In this document: positions 1 to 45,521 of the stretch, piece after piece | How positions within the stretch are numbered: the stretch's first letter is position 1 | Layout: each line of letters opens with the position of its first letter | Source: Chrysomallon squamiferum | Lineage: Eukaryota; Animalia; Mollusca | DNA: 64,000 bases | Direction: 5' to 3' | Assembly: GCA_012295275.1 (NCBI GenBank) | Contig: CM022671.1 | Span: forward strand, 28,954,001 to 29,018,000 | Notes under the pieces: generated by a model | Told to the model about the DNA's origin: nothing | The model's database searches: none | What the model saw: only the letters and a program-made list of their open reading frames with translations | Program-made: the position numbers and the translations under genes

Positions 1-320
1 AGGTGACTTTAACATTTTATTTATTTATTTGATTAGTTATATAACAATGATTTATCAGCTAAATCAGAAAAAAATCAATTATTATTATTTGTGTGTGTTG
101 TGTTTCTTTTTGTAAATAATTATACTTCAGGAAGTGGATTAGGTTTTTTATATTTTTTTATATTTTTATATATATTTTTTTTTTATATTAATAGATATCT
201 CACTTGCAAATTTACCTCATTTTATTTATTTTCTTATTTTATTTTTTTATTTTTATTATTTATTTTATTTATGTTTAATTGCTGGTGAAAAGCATATTTG
301 TTTTATTTATTTTTCCTAAG

Positions 321-413
321 ATACATTTCAAAACAACAAAGAGTAAATGGTTGCATTAATAAGTCACATTTGAAAAGTCAAAATGACAGAGAGCTAAATA
401 ATGCCAATACCAG
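321..413 (+). CDS. RAD9: RAD9 exon (YISKQQRVNGC...NNANT)
   Basis: cctaag acceptor, CAG|GTAC donor, phase 2-2, open frame joins the next exon. Confidence 0.7.
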
Positions 414-2254
414 GTACAATTAAAGATATATAATAATTTTTTTATTTTTATTATTGTTGCCATTTTAAATTTTTTTATTTATTTCAGATGCGTTTAATAA
501 TATTTAAATTTTTGTGATAGATTTCTGCATTTGAAAATAATTTAAAAATTAATTAATGTAAAATAATTGCCATAATTAACTGTATATTAGAAAATATTGA
601 TAATAACAATATTGTTGTTTTTTTTCTTTATTTTTTTAAGAATTTAAATTAAAGAATATAAAACAGTTTTTGTGTTTAAAATAAATTTTTTCTGTTAATG
701 TTACTTGTAAATCATTAAATAGACTTCCCATTATATGCGGTTATTTTAAGAAGCACTGACAAGAAGAAGAAAACGTACCAATTTTCTACAATTTCATGTT
801 AATTCAGGAAACAAGAACCTTTAGGAGATGAAGTTCAGTTTAATGAAATGTTAGATGATGATGACATGACAATAGATGAACAGACAATAATGCAGCTGCA
901 TGCTGCAGAAATGGAAAGTCAGATGACCACCAAACCCAGCAAATCTAAACCAGGATCAAGGCCGTCTGAGGAATCTCCAGTTAGTCAAGTTATACCCATA
1001 CAAAGTACAAATATGCAGGTTAGTTTGAAGAGCACCATCTTAAAATTTAAATCGATATAAAGTATAAAGTGTTTTGAGCACAATGTGATGTGTCCACAAA
1101 TTTTAAATTTTAAGTGTGTCAGCCCGTGTCAAAAAATGGATATCCGATGCTTATGTTCTAAGCACTCATAAAATTAGCTATACACTGATAAATATTTATT
1201 GTTTAATTATAACTGTGTATTCCCACCCTGATCATCATGCATGGCTGGATTTAGATGTGACAGGTCTGTATGCTTTGGAAAACATTAAAGGCCCTGTTTA
1301 ACAACTGCTAACAGAGAATAATGATAACTAACAATGAATTAATATGTAAAAACAAAACAAAGTTTCAAAATTGTCTTCTCTGTATAATAACTCATTCAAT
1401 ATAATATTAAAAAAAGACCAATAAAACAATGACATCAATGAAAAGGTTATTCACAGATATGCAAAATATTATATATATACATTATTTTATTTTCATTTTT
1501 TTACAGTTACAAACTATTTTAATATTTAATATGTCATACGTTTTTTTTTATTAAATTCTTTCTGAAAGATAATATTTTTGCAACAAATTCTGCAATACTG
1601 TAACTTTTAACTTGCTTTTCTCTGGATAATTAAGATAGATAATCAAATACATAATAAAGTCATACTTGTAATTATTTGTTAGACAACAGATTTGGCATCT
1701 GCAGCTGCAGCAGATGAATCAGTTATGCAAGATTTACAAGAGGAAGAAGAGGAAGAAGAGGTAGTGCCTGGCACCCCTCCCAGTAAAAAGGTCAGTAGTG
1801 TTTAGTTAATAAACATTTTATTATGTTTCATTCAGATATTTAACTTTTTCATTGTTTCATTACAGATTTTGTTATTGTTTTCACTACAGTTTTATTGTTA
1901 TTATTATATGTAGAATTATATATTATTATTTTCTTTTTTTCTTATTTCATTTTTTTTTTTTTTTTTTTACTGTCACGGCTACTACTACAGCTACTACAAT
2001 TATTGTTATTATTCTAATACCACAACTACGAAAATAGCAAAGCTGAAAATATTCTTGGTTTAAGAAAACACAACTTTTCAATCTTTTACCTATAATTAAT
2101 GTTATTTATTTATTTATTGTTATTAAAAACATTTTTTGTGTGCATGTGTTTCCAGTTTCGATCCATGTTTTTTGGACTATCACAGAACAGCACGCAGGCC
2201 TCTGAGAAACCAACAACAGCTATACTTGCAGAAGATACTGATGATGAAGACTGA
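321..2254 (+). CDS. RAD9: Cell-cycle checkpoint protein RAD9 (9-1-1 clamp), 3' part; exons 321-413, 808-1018, 1683-1790, 2156-2254; 5' exons lie upstream of the window
   Basis: The spliced translation ends ...EEVVPGTPPSKK|FRSMFFGLSQNSTQASEKPTTAILAEDTDDED*, matching the RAD9A tail pattern (VPGTPPxKKFRSLFFG...LAEDS). All introns are GT-AG with compatible phases, and there is a donor AG|GT at positions 1-4. Confidence 0.88.
808..1018 (+). CDS. RAD9: RAD9 exon (KQEPLGDEV...STNMQ)
   Basis: ttcag acceptor, CAG|GTTAGT donor; overlaps ORF 848-1060. Confidence 0.8.
1683..1790 (+). CDS. RAD9: RAD9 exon (TTDLAS...VPGTPPSKK)
   Basis: ttag acceptor, AAG|GTCAGT donor, 108 nt. Confidence 0.85.
2156..2254 (+). 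CDS. RAD9: RAD9 last coding exon (FRSMFFG...AEDTDDED*)
   Basis: ttccag acceptor; TGA at 2252-2254. Confidence 0.88.
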   Translation, partial: FRSMFFGLSQNSTQASEKPTTAILAEDTDDED

Positions 2255-2584
2255 TACAGTGATAACATTCTTAAAATGAACATTTGATACTAAATCATGA
2301 AAATGCTAGCAACAAAATCTCTGTCTTCTTACTCACCAGAGAAGAAAGAGTCTGGAGCAATCACTTTCTACACAAATGTGGACTGATCATCACATACATC
2401 AGTATTAATTGACCTTTTGAGTTAAGATTCATTTTAGACCACAAGTATATGAATGGATTGTAAAAAAGTGAAAGGCAATGTGAAATAGAACTGAACATAC
2501 TAACTGACATTGTTTGCTCCGAAGGAAAGAATTGAAGCTGAAGAAATAAGAACTGATTTCTTCAGTTAAAGTTAATGATATATC

Positions 2585-2850
2585 AGTGGGTTCAGCACAT
2601 GTCTGAAGTTTACTAGGTCACAGGATCAATCCTTAATGTAGACAATTTACAGATTACTTTCAAGTGTCTCATGGCTAGATGTCAGCATCATAATCTGCTG
2701 TCTGTGAGAAGGTACTTATGAAAATTATCTTGCTGCTGTTGAGTATGAGCGTTACCTTCAAATAGTAGAAGCATGTTTTCATTCTGATATATAGTAATTC
2801 AGATGCTGAAATAAAAATCATGCTAGAGAGACCAACAAGCAAAACATTTT
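2585..2850 (+). mobile_element. Decayed SINE-like repeat downstream of the RAD9 stop
   Basis: B-box-like GGATCAATCC, then CTGTCTGTGAGAAGGT and TCTTGCTGCT, antiparallel to the 58.9 kb copy. Confidence 0.45.
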
Positions 2851-2907
2851 GCTTTCTTCTGATAGTAATTATTGATTATGCATGTATCATGTAAAGGGTC
2901 AAGTTAT

Positions 2908-3059
2908 AAATTACACTTTTATAACTTCTGATCTTTGGTCATGTTGAAATTTAAGAATCTCAACAATAAATATCTTTAGAAATCCAAAACTTCTTTTCTC
3001 TTATCCTTTTTACAGATCATTTCTGTCATACAAAGATCAGAAGTTGTAAAAAGGAATTT
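2908..3059. repeat. Imperfect ~45-bp inverted repeat pair
   Basis: TTTTATAACTTCTGATCTTTG (2917-2937) vs CAAAGATCAGAAGTTGTAAAA (3031-3051). Confidence 0.65.
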
Positions 3060-3657
3060 CTAATGATTCTGTTTTATATGTGCATTCTAACACCAAACAA
3101 ATGTTATCAGTTTGTACCAAGTTATTTGCTTTTTTAACCAATCTCCTTGGATTTTGTTAGAATTTTATGCATCATTATGGTTTCAGTTAAAAAAAATAAG
3201 GCCCATTGGTCAAATGATTTCCAAGATCTGTTTCTCCCAAGTTTTATATCATTTGTCAAATGTTGCATTTACAATTTGCAAAATAGAAATTTCACTGATG
3301 ATCATGGAAATATTATTCTAGAACTTTTAAATATAAGAATGCTATAAAGTTAATGTCTCACTTAAATACATAATCTTTGATTTTAGACTACAGGTTAATC
3401 ACAAACTGTAGATGTATTTTGTTTATAAGTGTGTACAAGAGTTCCTATAAATGTATACATCCAGTTCATTGGATAAACTGCAGATGCAACTTACAAATTA
3501 TTATAAACATAATGTCCTACAGAGGCTTCATGATTTAAATACTAAGTTTTATTAATGTCTATATTGTTATATTATTATTTTAAAATATATACATTTTTTT
3601 TTAAAGGAATTTTATCACTCTGATCAAGATAATTATCTAACAATGGACTGAAATTTA

Positions 3658-3695
<38 letters not shown>

Positions 3696-4235
3696 TCCTG
3701 CTATAAAATATATTGGTTAATGTATAAGAAATTAATCATAAAAATAATTTGCCAATGCTTTTATTCTCATATCATGCTTAATATATTTTTAATAAAATAA
3801 CCAAGCAGATGAACACTTTGAATTATATAAAGAGAGAAAAATAAAGGTGATTATTTATTTTATATATGATTTCATACTTGATGGACACTTTATAATTCAA
3901 AATTTATTTATTACATTTCTTCATGAAAGCAGTTACAGATAATTTTAAAGTGTTATGATGTATATAAAATTTACATAAACACATAATGTACTGGACATTC
4001 AGGCAGAGTTGATTTTTATAACTATTTTAAATAAATTATTTTAAAATGAATTTGCTTTTCTGTTGTTGTTTTGTGTGTGTGTGTGGTTTTCTATCATTAT
4101 TATTTAATTTACATGAATTTGTTAAGTAGTGGGCTTAAAATAAATAAATAAATAAATATGAAATAAAATTACAAAATAAATTATTTTATTAATTTTAATT
4201 AATTTCATTTTATTTATTTTTGTATTTTATATTTG

Positions 4236-4266
<31 letters not shown>

Positions 4267-4485
4267 ATTTTTTTTTTTTTACACCTTATTTTCTACTCAA
4301 AATGCAATGACAGTTCATGGATTTTCTATTTAATACATCATTAATTATTATTAATGTTAACAGTTTTTTTTTTTTTTTTTTTTATTATTATTATTAATAA
4401 CAACGATATTAACAATATCGGGTAATAATTATTTTATTATTACTATTTGTTTTGTTTTTTTTAATATTTATATTTACCTCGGTTA

Positions 4486-4504
4486 TCACATGATACATCA
4501 CGTG
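4486..4504. promoter_or_regulatory. Two adjacent E-boxes (TCACATGA, TCACGTG) about 60 bp upstream of the ACAD ATG
   Basis: Motifs read directly; they sit at the start of a locally CpG-retaining region around exon 1. Confidence 0.4.
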
Positions 4505-4559
4505 GTGTAAAATCATTGGTGTCTACTCCAAGTAGTAAACAGAGCCCGTATGTTTTAAA

Positions 4560-13471
<8,912 letters not shown>

Positions 13472-15464
13472 ACTTTGGTATCCATCAGATCTTTCTTTTC
13501 TGTTCAGAGTTTTTGTTCACTTTACATGATAATTTACAGTTTAATTCACTTTAAAAATCAATTATAAATCTCAGGACTTGATACTTTTTAAAAACCTATA
13601 ACAACCGTTTGACATAATTATTATGTGACTTTTTCCTTATGATAAGTAATATGTGATTATCTGTCAGGAATATATAATCTGGTCATTTTTTTCAAATGTT
13701 TATGCAGAATATTATAATGTTTGAAGCCTAAGTTTATGATTCTGCATAATCCAGTAATTCTTTACACATTTATATTCTAAATATAATTATTTTTCAGAGC
13801 CCATTATCAAACAGTTTTTGAGAAAGGGGCACCCAGGTTAAATTTTATATTATAATGAATAACAAGTGGTACAGCACTGTTTAAAGTTAACGAAATCCCA
13901 TCACACTGTTTATAGATCATATTTGTAGTTATCCACTTAAATAAACTCTGCATATTGTACATTTTATTATACAAGTATTTTAAAAAAATAACAAATTTTA
14001 TCAAAATGGAATATATTTAGGCTTATCCATGTTGTTCCAGAGAAGCCAAACAGTAGATGTATCCTTTCATATACAAGCAATATTGAGTGAGTTTTAAACA
14101 ATGAGGAAAAACAACAAGAACAGAATCAGTTTAATTGTTTATTGATAGGTAAATAGTAAAAATTTAGGGTAAGAAAGTGCAGAAATATATTTCATGCATT
14201 AAACAGATCTTTACAAGTAACAAAAATATTACAAACAGTGTAAAAGTGAATTATCAGTAAAATCAAAACGACTTTCATTCTATCTAAAGAAATACTGATA
14301 AACAGCTGCTTCAGGTTAAGCTCATGCTTATAATTATTTTTTAAAATCAACAGTATTTTTTAATTTACAGTTTGACAAGAAAATATTTTTCTGTAACTCT
14401 TTCATACTGTTTCGAATAATGTATAAATTTATTTTATGTAATTAACAGTTTAAAATTTTGTGTAATTAATACAATATAAAAATTATTTTGAATATAATTT
14501 AATATGAATTATTAACATGTAAATTAACATATAATGTAAATTTTATGTAATGTAATTAAAACAATATAATTTTATTACTGTATAATTAACAGTTTATGTC
14601 ATTCATTCTTTATCTCCAACACAATTTGAATAATAATGATACAATATTGGCTTTGGCAGTTTATCAGTTTGAGTAAGAACCAAATGGGGATGTAAAACAA
14701 ATCATAACAAAGAATAATATTAAGTTGTGTAATAAATATTTTCTGACCAAATGTATATATATATACAGACAGACAGGCAGACACAGAGACATTCAAAGAA
14801 CAGATCTTTAAAGAGATTCATAAAGTCTCCTATCAGTGTTGTTTTTATTGTCAGTCATTAACTGTTTTCTTTTTCTTTTTAAAATTTGATTTATTTATTT
14901 AATTTTTAATTTTTATTTTAGTTACCTATTTTTGTTTTACCTGAGTATTTGATTAATTTTTTTATTTCAATTTGCTTTATTTTTATATATTAAATTTTTT
15001 TTTATTATCTATTCATTTACTTTCTTAACAATATGTATTTTAAAGAATAGTTTTATTTATTTATTTATTATTTTTAAATGGAATTATATTATAATTTTCT
15101 CTATTTTGTTATTGAATTTTGAATATTTTATATGCATGTAAAAGTATAAATGACAGCTGATTTAAAATAATACTTAAAAATATATTCATAGATAGAATAT
15201 ATTTTTAATGTTTGACAACTAAAATATAAATAAGATTATATTTGAAACAAATAATAAAATGCTCTGCTGAAATTAATTTTTGCATTTGCTTTTATTGTTT
15301 TTTATAATTTTTTATTTAATTTATATTTATAATTATATTATCCATTTTAATTTTTCAAATGTGAAAACATCTTGTTTAAAATTTAAAGTATACATACACA
15401 AAAATTCAATATACATTTTATAAAAAATTCTTTCCAAACTACAGTATGATTTTAAGTAGGATAA

Positions 15465-15689
15465 CAAGGTGTGTCAAAAAAAGAGAGAATTTTAATAATT
15501 AAGAGAGAATTATTTTTTAATTTAACCATTTATCATATGCTGATTCCTCAAAGTGAATTTATTCATTATGACTTGAAAACTTAAAAATAATGATGTCTGA
15601 ATATTATACAATATATGTAAATTGTATATAATATATGAATTGTATATAATTTTTTTTAATTAAAAAAACAATTTTTTTGCCACACCTTG
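15465..15689. mobile_element. Tc1/mariner-type MITE-like element, 225 bp
   Basis: 18-bp TIRs CAAGGTGTG(T/G)CAAAAAAA (17/18 match); TA on the right flank, AA on the left. Confidence 0.55.
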
Positions 15690-18600
15690 TAAACAAAAAA
15701 AATAACATCAAAGGCTTTGCAGGGATACTTTGTTGACAGGTAAAATACTTTTTGTTGAGAGACATAAACAACAAATTGGATGGAAAAAATCAAGTGCATA
15801 TTTCAAGTTATTAATTTATGTGACAAACAGTGAAGATAATAAATGTATACAGTGATATAATTTTTAAAAAACAACAACATTTATTTATTTATTTATTTTA
15901 AATACGTGAGCTTTTAAAATTATTTCTTTCATCAAATTGGTCATACCATGTAAGAACACATTTGTTTACTTTCATTTTTATTATTATTATTTATTTATTT
16001 CTCCTTGAGTCCAAAGTCAAATATTAAATTTACAAAAATAAATAAATAAATGTTTTAATGAATTACTAATATCTATAATTTCTTGCAGAATTTTTACATA
16101 TATTTTTAAAAGAAAAAATTTATATTTATTTATTTTAAAGTTTAGATGCATTAAATGATACTTTGACATTAATGAATTCTAAATTAGGCAAACACAAAAT
16201 AATAATTTGAAAACAATAAAATAAAATAAAATACTTCAAGTAAATAAATAAATAAATAAACAAAGAAAAAAAGATTAAATATGAACAAAATAAAATTAAG
16301 TCAAATGCTAAAATTAAATTGTGTAATGAATACATAACACTACCCTGCTAATTTACACATTCAAAAAATTATACATATTTTAAAACATTTTAACAATTCA
16401 ATAAAAAAGATTAACAGGTGAACAAAATACAACAAATGAATTATTTAAAAATTAACAAAACCCTCAGTGTCACATATATAAACAACATGGTAAATAAACA
16501 TTTTTCAATGCAGATAACTGTGAAAAAAAAAAAATATATATATATATATACATACGTTTGTATCCAAAGTGTAAAAATATTGCATGAAAGGGACATGTAC
16601 CTGTACATCATACTGGGGCAAATGTTTTGTTTTCTATTTACAAAATAAAGGTAATCAAATATCACATTTGGAACATCGGAATGGTTGCATGAAGGAAGTG
16701 TTTATATTATTCTTTTTTGCCATCATATCAGATTGTTTATGAATTTTAGTATTCTTGACATTTTTCTGTTTTCCATTACTCATTTATGTATTTTACAATA
16801 TTGGTATCATTTTTATATATTATATATTATTCATATAATTTTTTTTTTTTTTTTTTTCCATTATTGATATATTTTTTAATACATTTTTGCATCATTAAAG
16901 ATTTGAATGACCAAATTTAAAAGAAATGAAAGACATAACATTTTTGAATGACTGAAGATTTCAATTACTGAATATAAAAGAATGAAAAATATTTTTAAAA
17001 TGTATTAATTTTGTCAACCTTCAGGCAATATTAATTTTATCATAAAAATCATTTTGATCAAGAAGTCAATTCCAAAAATACAACATCAATGTCTTTGTGA
17101 ATTTATATACATTTTTCTGTGCATTCATAATTTATGAAGGTATTGCTAAGAATTTGAATATGTATACATGTGTTGACTGTGTATGAGGATGTCTGAGGAA
17201 GGTGGGGTGATATGACTGTGGGTAAGAAACTGAAATGAGTGTGATATGTAAACATGTGAATATAAATACACATATAATGTGATGGTTCAGTTGACTTACA
17301 TTAATTAAGTGTCTGGCATATAAAATATTTCTGACAAATAATTTTGTGTTTAGTTTTGTTTATTTTGATAATTAATTTTATTAAAAGTTCAATACACTAG
17401 ATATGACTGTATATAAATCTGAAATTCATTATTAGTATTAAAAATTAAACATTTAAAAAAAATGAGATAATCTGATTTTTTAAAAAGCTTGTATGTATGC
17501 ATTTATGTATGTGTGTCTCTGTCTGTGTATGTGTGTGTATGTGTAAAATTTACAATACAAAACCTGCCAAAATATCAATTACCACAAAAAAATAAATAAG
17601 AAATAAGATAAAATAAAATAATAAATAAATACCCATCACCAAATCTTTTAGTTCACAATATAACCTTTGTTCATTTATTTTTGCTAAATTAAATATCATT
17701 ATATATTTATTTTTATTATTATTATTATATATTTTCTTTAATTTTCAAATTTGTTATCTCAAATATTCAACAGCAAAGACACTAAAAATATTTTAAAAAT
17801 GAAATCACAATTATATATAATATTTACTTCCAAACAAACAATGATAATTTCACTTACAAGTCAATCTGATATAATGGCAATAATTTAACATAACATATAT
17901 ATATACACAGAATCTGTACATAAGTGATACCATTCATAACACAAAAAACAAACATACTGGATAATGAAACAATGGTGTAATTTTGGCAGAAGATTAAAAA
18001 ACCCAACATTCCACATTTTTAAAAATTATTATTTTGAACGAATGTAATAATAATTTAAATAAATAAATAAACAAAAACATACTCCAGACACTACATCAGT
18101 TATAATACTTGAAGTAAGTAGAAGAAAAAATTATCAAACATTTTTCATTTAATTATTTATGGTTGTCATCAACACTGTCATCATCATTATCAACATTGTT
18201 ATTACTATTATCATCATCATCATCATCATCATCATTAATGTTGCCCTTGTTATTAATTATTATTATTATTATGTAACAAATTTAACAGTTAATAATTTCC
18301 ATGATAATCCAGAAAATTAAATTTAATAACATTTTTATTTGAATTTTTCATTAATATTCAGGCTAAATCCCTTTGTTTTTACAATTTTAATGATTTTATC
18401 AAAAAAATTAAAATTAATTTTAAATTAATTTTATAATCTGATATAATTACATTACAAAACAAATGTTAAATAAAAATTTAAAAAATAAAAGACAAAAAAA
18501 AGAACAATTTAAAAAATATATGTTTATTTCAAATTTCACAAAATTGTTTTATTTCAGTTTAATTTCAAAATCTTTTTAAAATTTGCATATTATTATTTAT

Positions 18601-19386
18601 TAATTAAATTCAAATTATCTAAAAACATTTTTTTTTAAATTTCTAATTTCAAAATATTATCATTATTTTAATAAGAATTAATTCCAAAAGTTAAAAAATT
18701 ATAAAAAAAATATAAAAAATAACAATAAAATAACTGAATTTTATACAAGATTTTAAAAATATACAAGAGTTAAATTATATATATTTTTTTTTTACCTAAA
18801 ATAACCAAAATCATAATTATTATTAACAGAACAAACAAATATTCTATACTATCAAATTTTAAATATTTTGAATGGGTTAATATATTTGCTAGTATTTAAA
18901 ACAACTACATTTTTAATATATATATATATGTATATATATATTTTTTAACTAATACATTTCCATTCTTATAGGCACAAGGGCATTTATCGTTGTACTTTGA
19001 CATTAAATATATACATTATGTGATGATAATAAAAAAAAAAATATGTACATTATATATTTTGCTTATTTACATTAAAAGGTCGTTTAAAAAAAGTAAATAC
19101 ATAATAAGAAAGGATTTATATCGAGTAAATGTGCTAAAGTATTTCAGTAAATTCTTGTTATGACAGTTTGAGTTTTGTTTTTTTTTTTTTTATGGAGAAG
19201 GATTATTATACCCAGAAGACATTTTAAAACAGTTTAACTAAAGGTACTAATATATATATATATATAAATATAATCAACAAACAATTAAAGAAAAAAAGAA
19301 TGTTCTGCAACATTCTGAATAACTTTTCAAAAAAAAAAAATTAAAAAAAATAATAATAATAAAAAAAAATAATAATAATAATAATA

Positions 19387-19444
<58 letters not shown>

Positions 19445-20682
19445 TTAAATAAATAAATAAATAAATAATAAAAACCATGCCCTGAGAAATAATTACAGAG
19501 TAGCAAGACAGATTATTTGTCATACTTCTAAAAGTATTTCTAAAATAGTTAAAAAAGAAAATAAATAAAATTAAAACATAATTATTGATACTGTTGTTAG
19601 CATCAATTACCAACACAAACCAAAATCAACTAAAGAATTAAAGAAACTTAACACCTGAGAAAATTACCAGTGTATCCATGACAACAGATTTTTTGTGGTC
19701 AATTAACAAGAGTGTATAGAACATGATCAAGACATTACATACCAAACAGTTTTGAAAAAAAGAGTGCAAAAGTAAAATGGGATTCATATCTTTATCAGAA
19801 TGAAACTTTGAGCTGAAGATAACACAACACAACCTTGAATGTTGAAAAGCACCATGGGGAAAAAAATGTGCACATTGGTGTTATGTGACAAAATACACTA
19901 TCTTCATGGAAGAAATCATCTTTTAGCCAATCAAATTGTCTGTTTTTAAAAATCTTCAATCATCAGCCAATCATATTATTTTTAAAAAAAAAAAAATTAA
20001 ATTACCAATCTAATTTTCACTCATTAATGTTAATAAACAAAGATTTTCTGTTTGTTCAGTTAGACGACTGTTGACAATTAGTGTTTCTTACTTGTTTGTT
20101 TAGATTGTGAACTAAAATCTCAGTTTTCTACTGATACATTTACTAAAACTAATCATTATACAAACATGCAACACAATTCTCTCTGTTCACTTACAACTTT
20201 TCAATGAAGCAGAAATGTTTTTTTTTTTTTTTTAAACAGCAGATTTTGTTTTTTAATTACAGTTTATGAAAACATAAAGGTAAAAACCAGGTAACTCAGT
20301 TTTTTCTCTCTCGTTTGTGCAAAATACTGATAACAGTGCACTTGTCTGTGCAAAATAGAAAGGTGACTATTTCTACTTCCTGCAAATGAAAATCTTGACC
20401 TCGGTCGTTTTGCAAATGTTGTTGACCTCAAACACTTTGCAGTAACATCCAACTTTTTTCTTTTCTTTCTTGATGTTGATGCACATTTTTTCTTCCATTT
20501 TGCCAAAAAAATATTATGATGAATTTCTGGGATTTTTTGCAAAGTAAAGTTCTGTTGTTTTTTTTCCCCGTTATTGCAAAAACTTTTTGACCTCCCAATT
20601 TACTTTGTGCAAAAAATTAATACTGACATTTTGCACAAACTTGTCATAGTTTTCAAAATGAGGCTTCAGCCTCTTCTTCATG

Positions 20683-45134
<24,452 letters not shown>

Positions 45135-45183
45135 CTGAGAACAAACAAAATAACAAATAAATAAAGAAATAAAGAAATAACTT

Positions 45184-45260
<77 letters not shown>

Positions 45261-45474
45261 GATAATGATAATAATAATGATGATAACAATAATGATGATC
45301 ATCATCATCATCATCATCATGATGAATAGATGTTTAATTTGTAAAGCTGTATTTTAGATACATTTTTTTTCTTGTTTGTTTTCCTTTTATTATATTTTTG
45401 ATGTATTCTGTTTTATCTTGGAGGATTTTAAAAACTTTTTTTTTTCTTTTAGTTTTAGCTTCCAAAGTATCTAT

Positions 45475-45521
<47 letters not shown>

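Noticed and set aside
1039-1270. Possible intronic snoRNA or small element in a RAD9 intron (13-bp inverted repeat 1039-1051/1102-1114, TGATG and CTGA boxes)
   Set aside because: The C box is imperfect, there is no terminal stem or recognisable guide, and the inverted repeat is almost all A/T.
20596-20648. SECIS-like pattern after the CaMKK UGA (AUGA-N11-AAA with a stem)
   Set aside because: The 3' arm lacks the GA needed for the non-Watson-Crick quartet, and the element is very close to the UGA.
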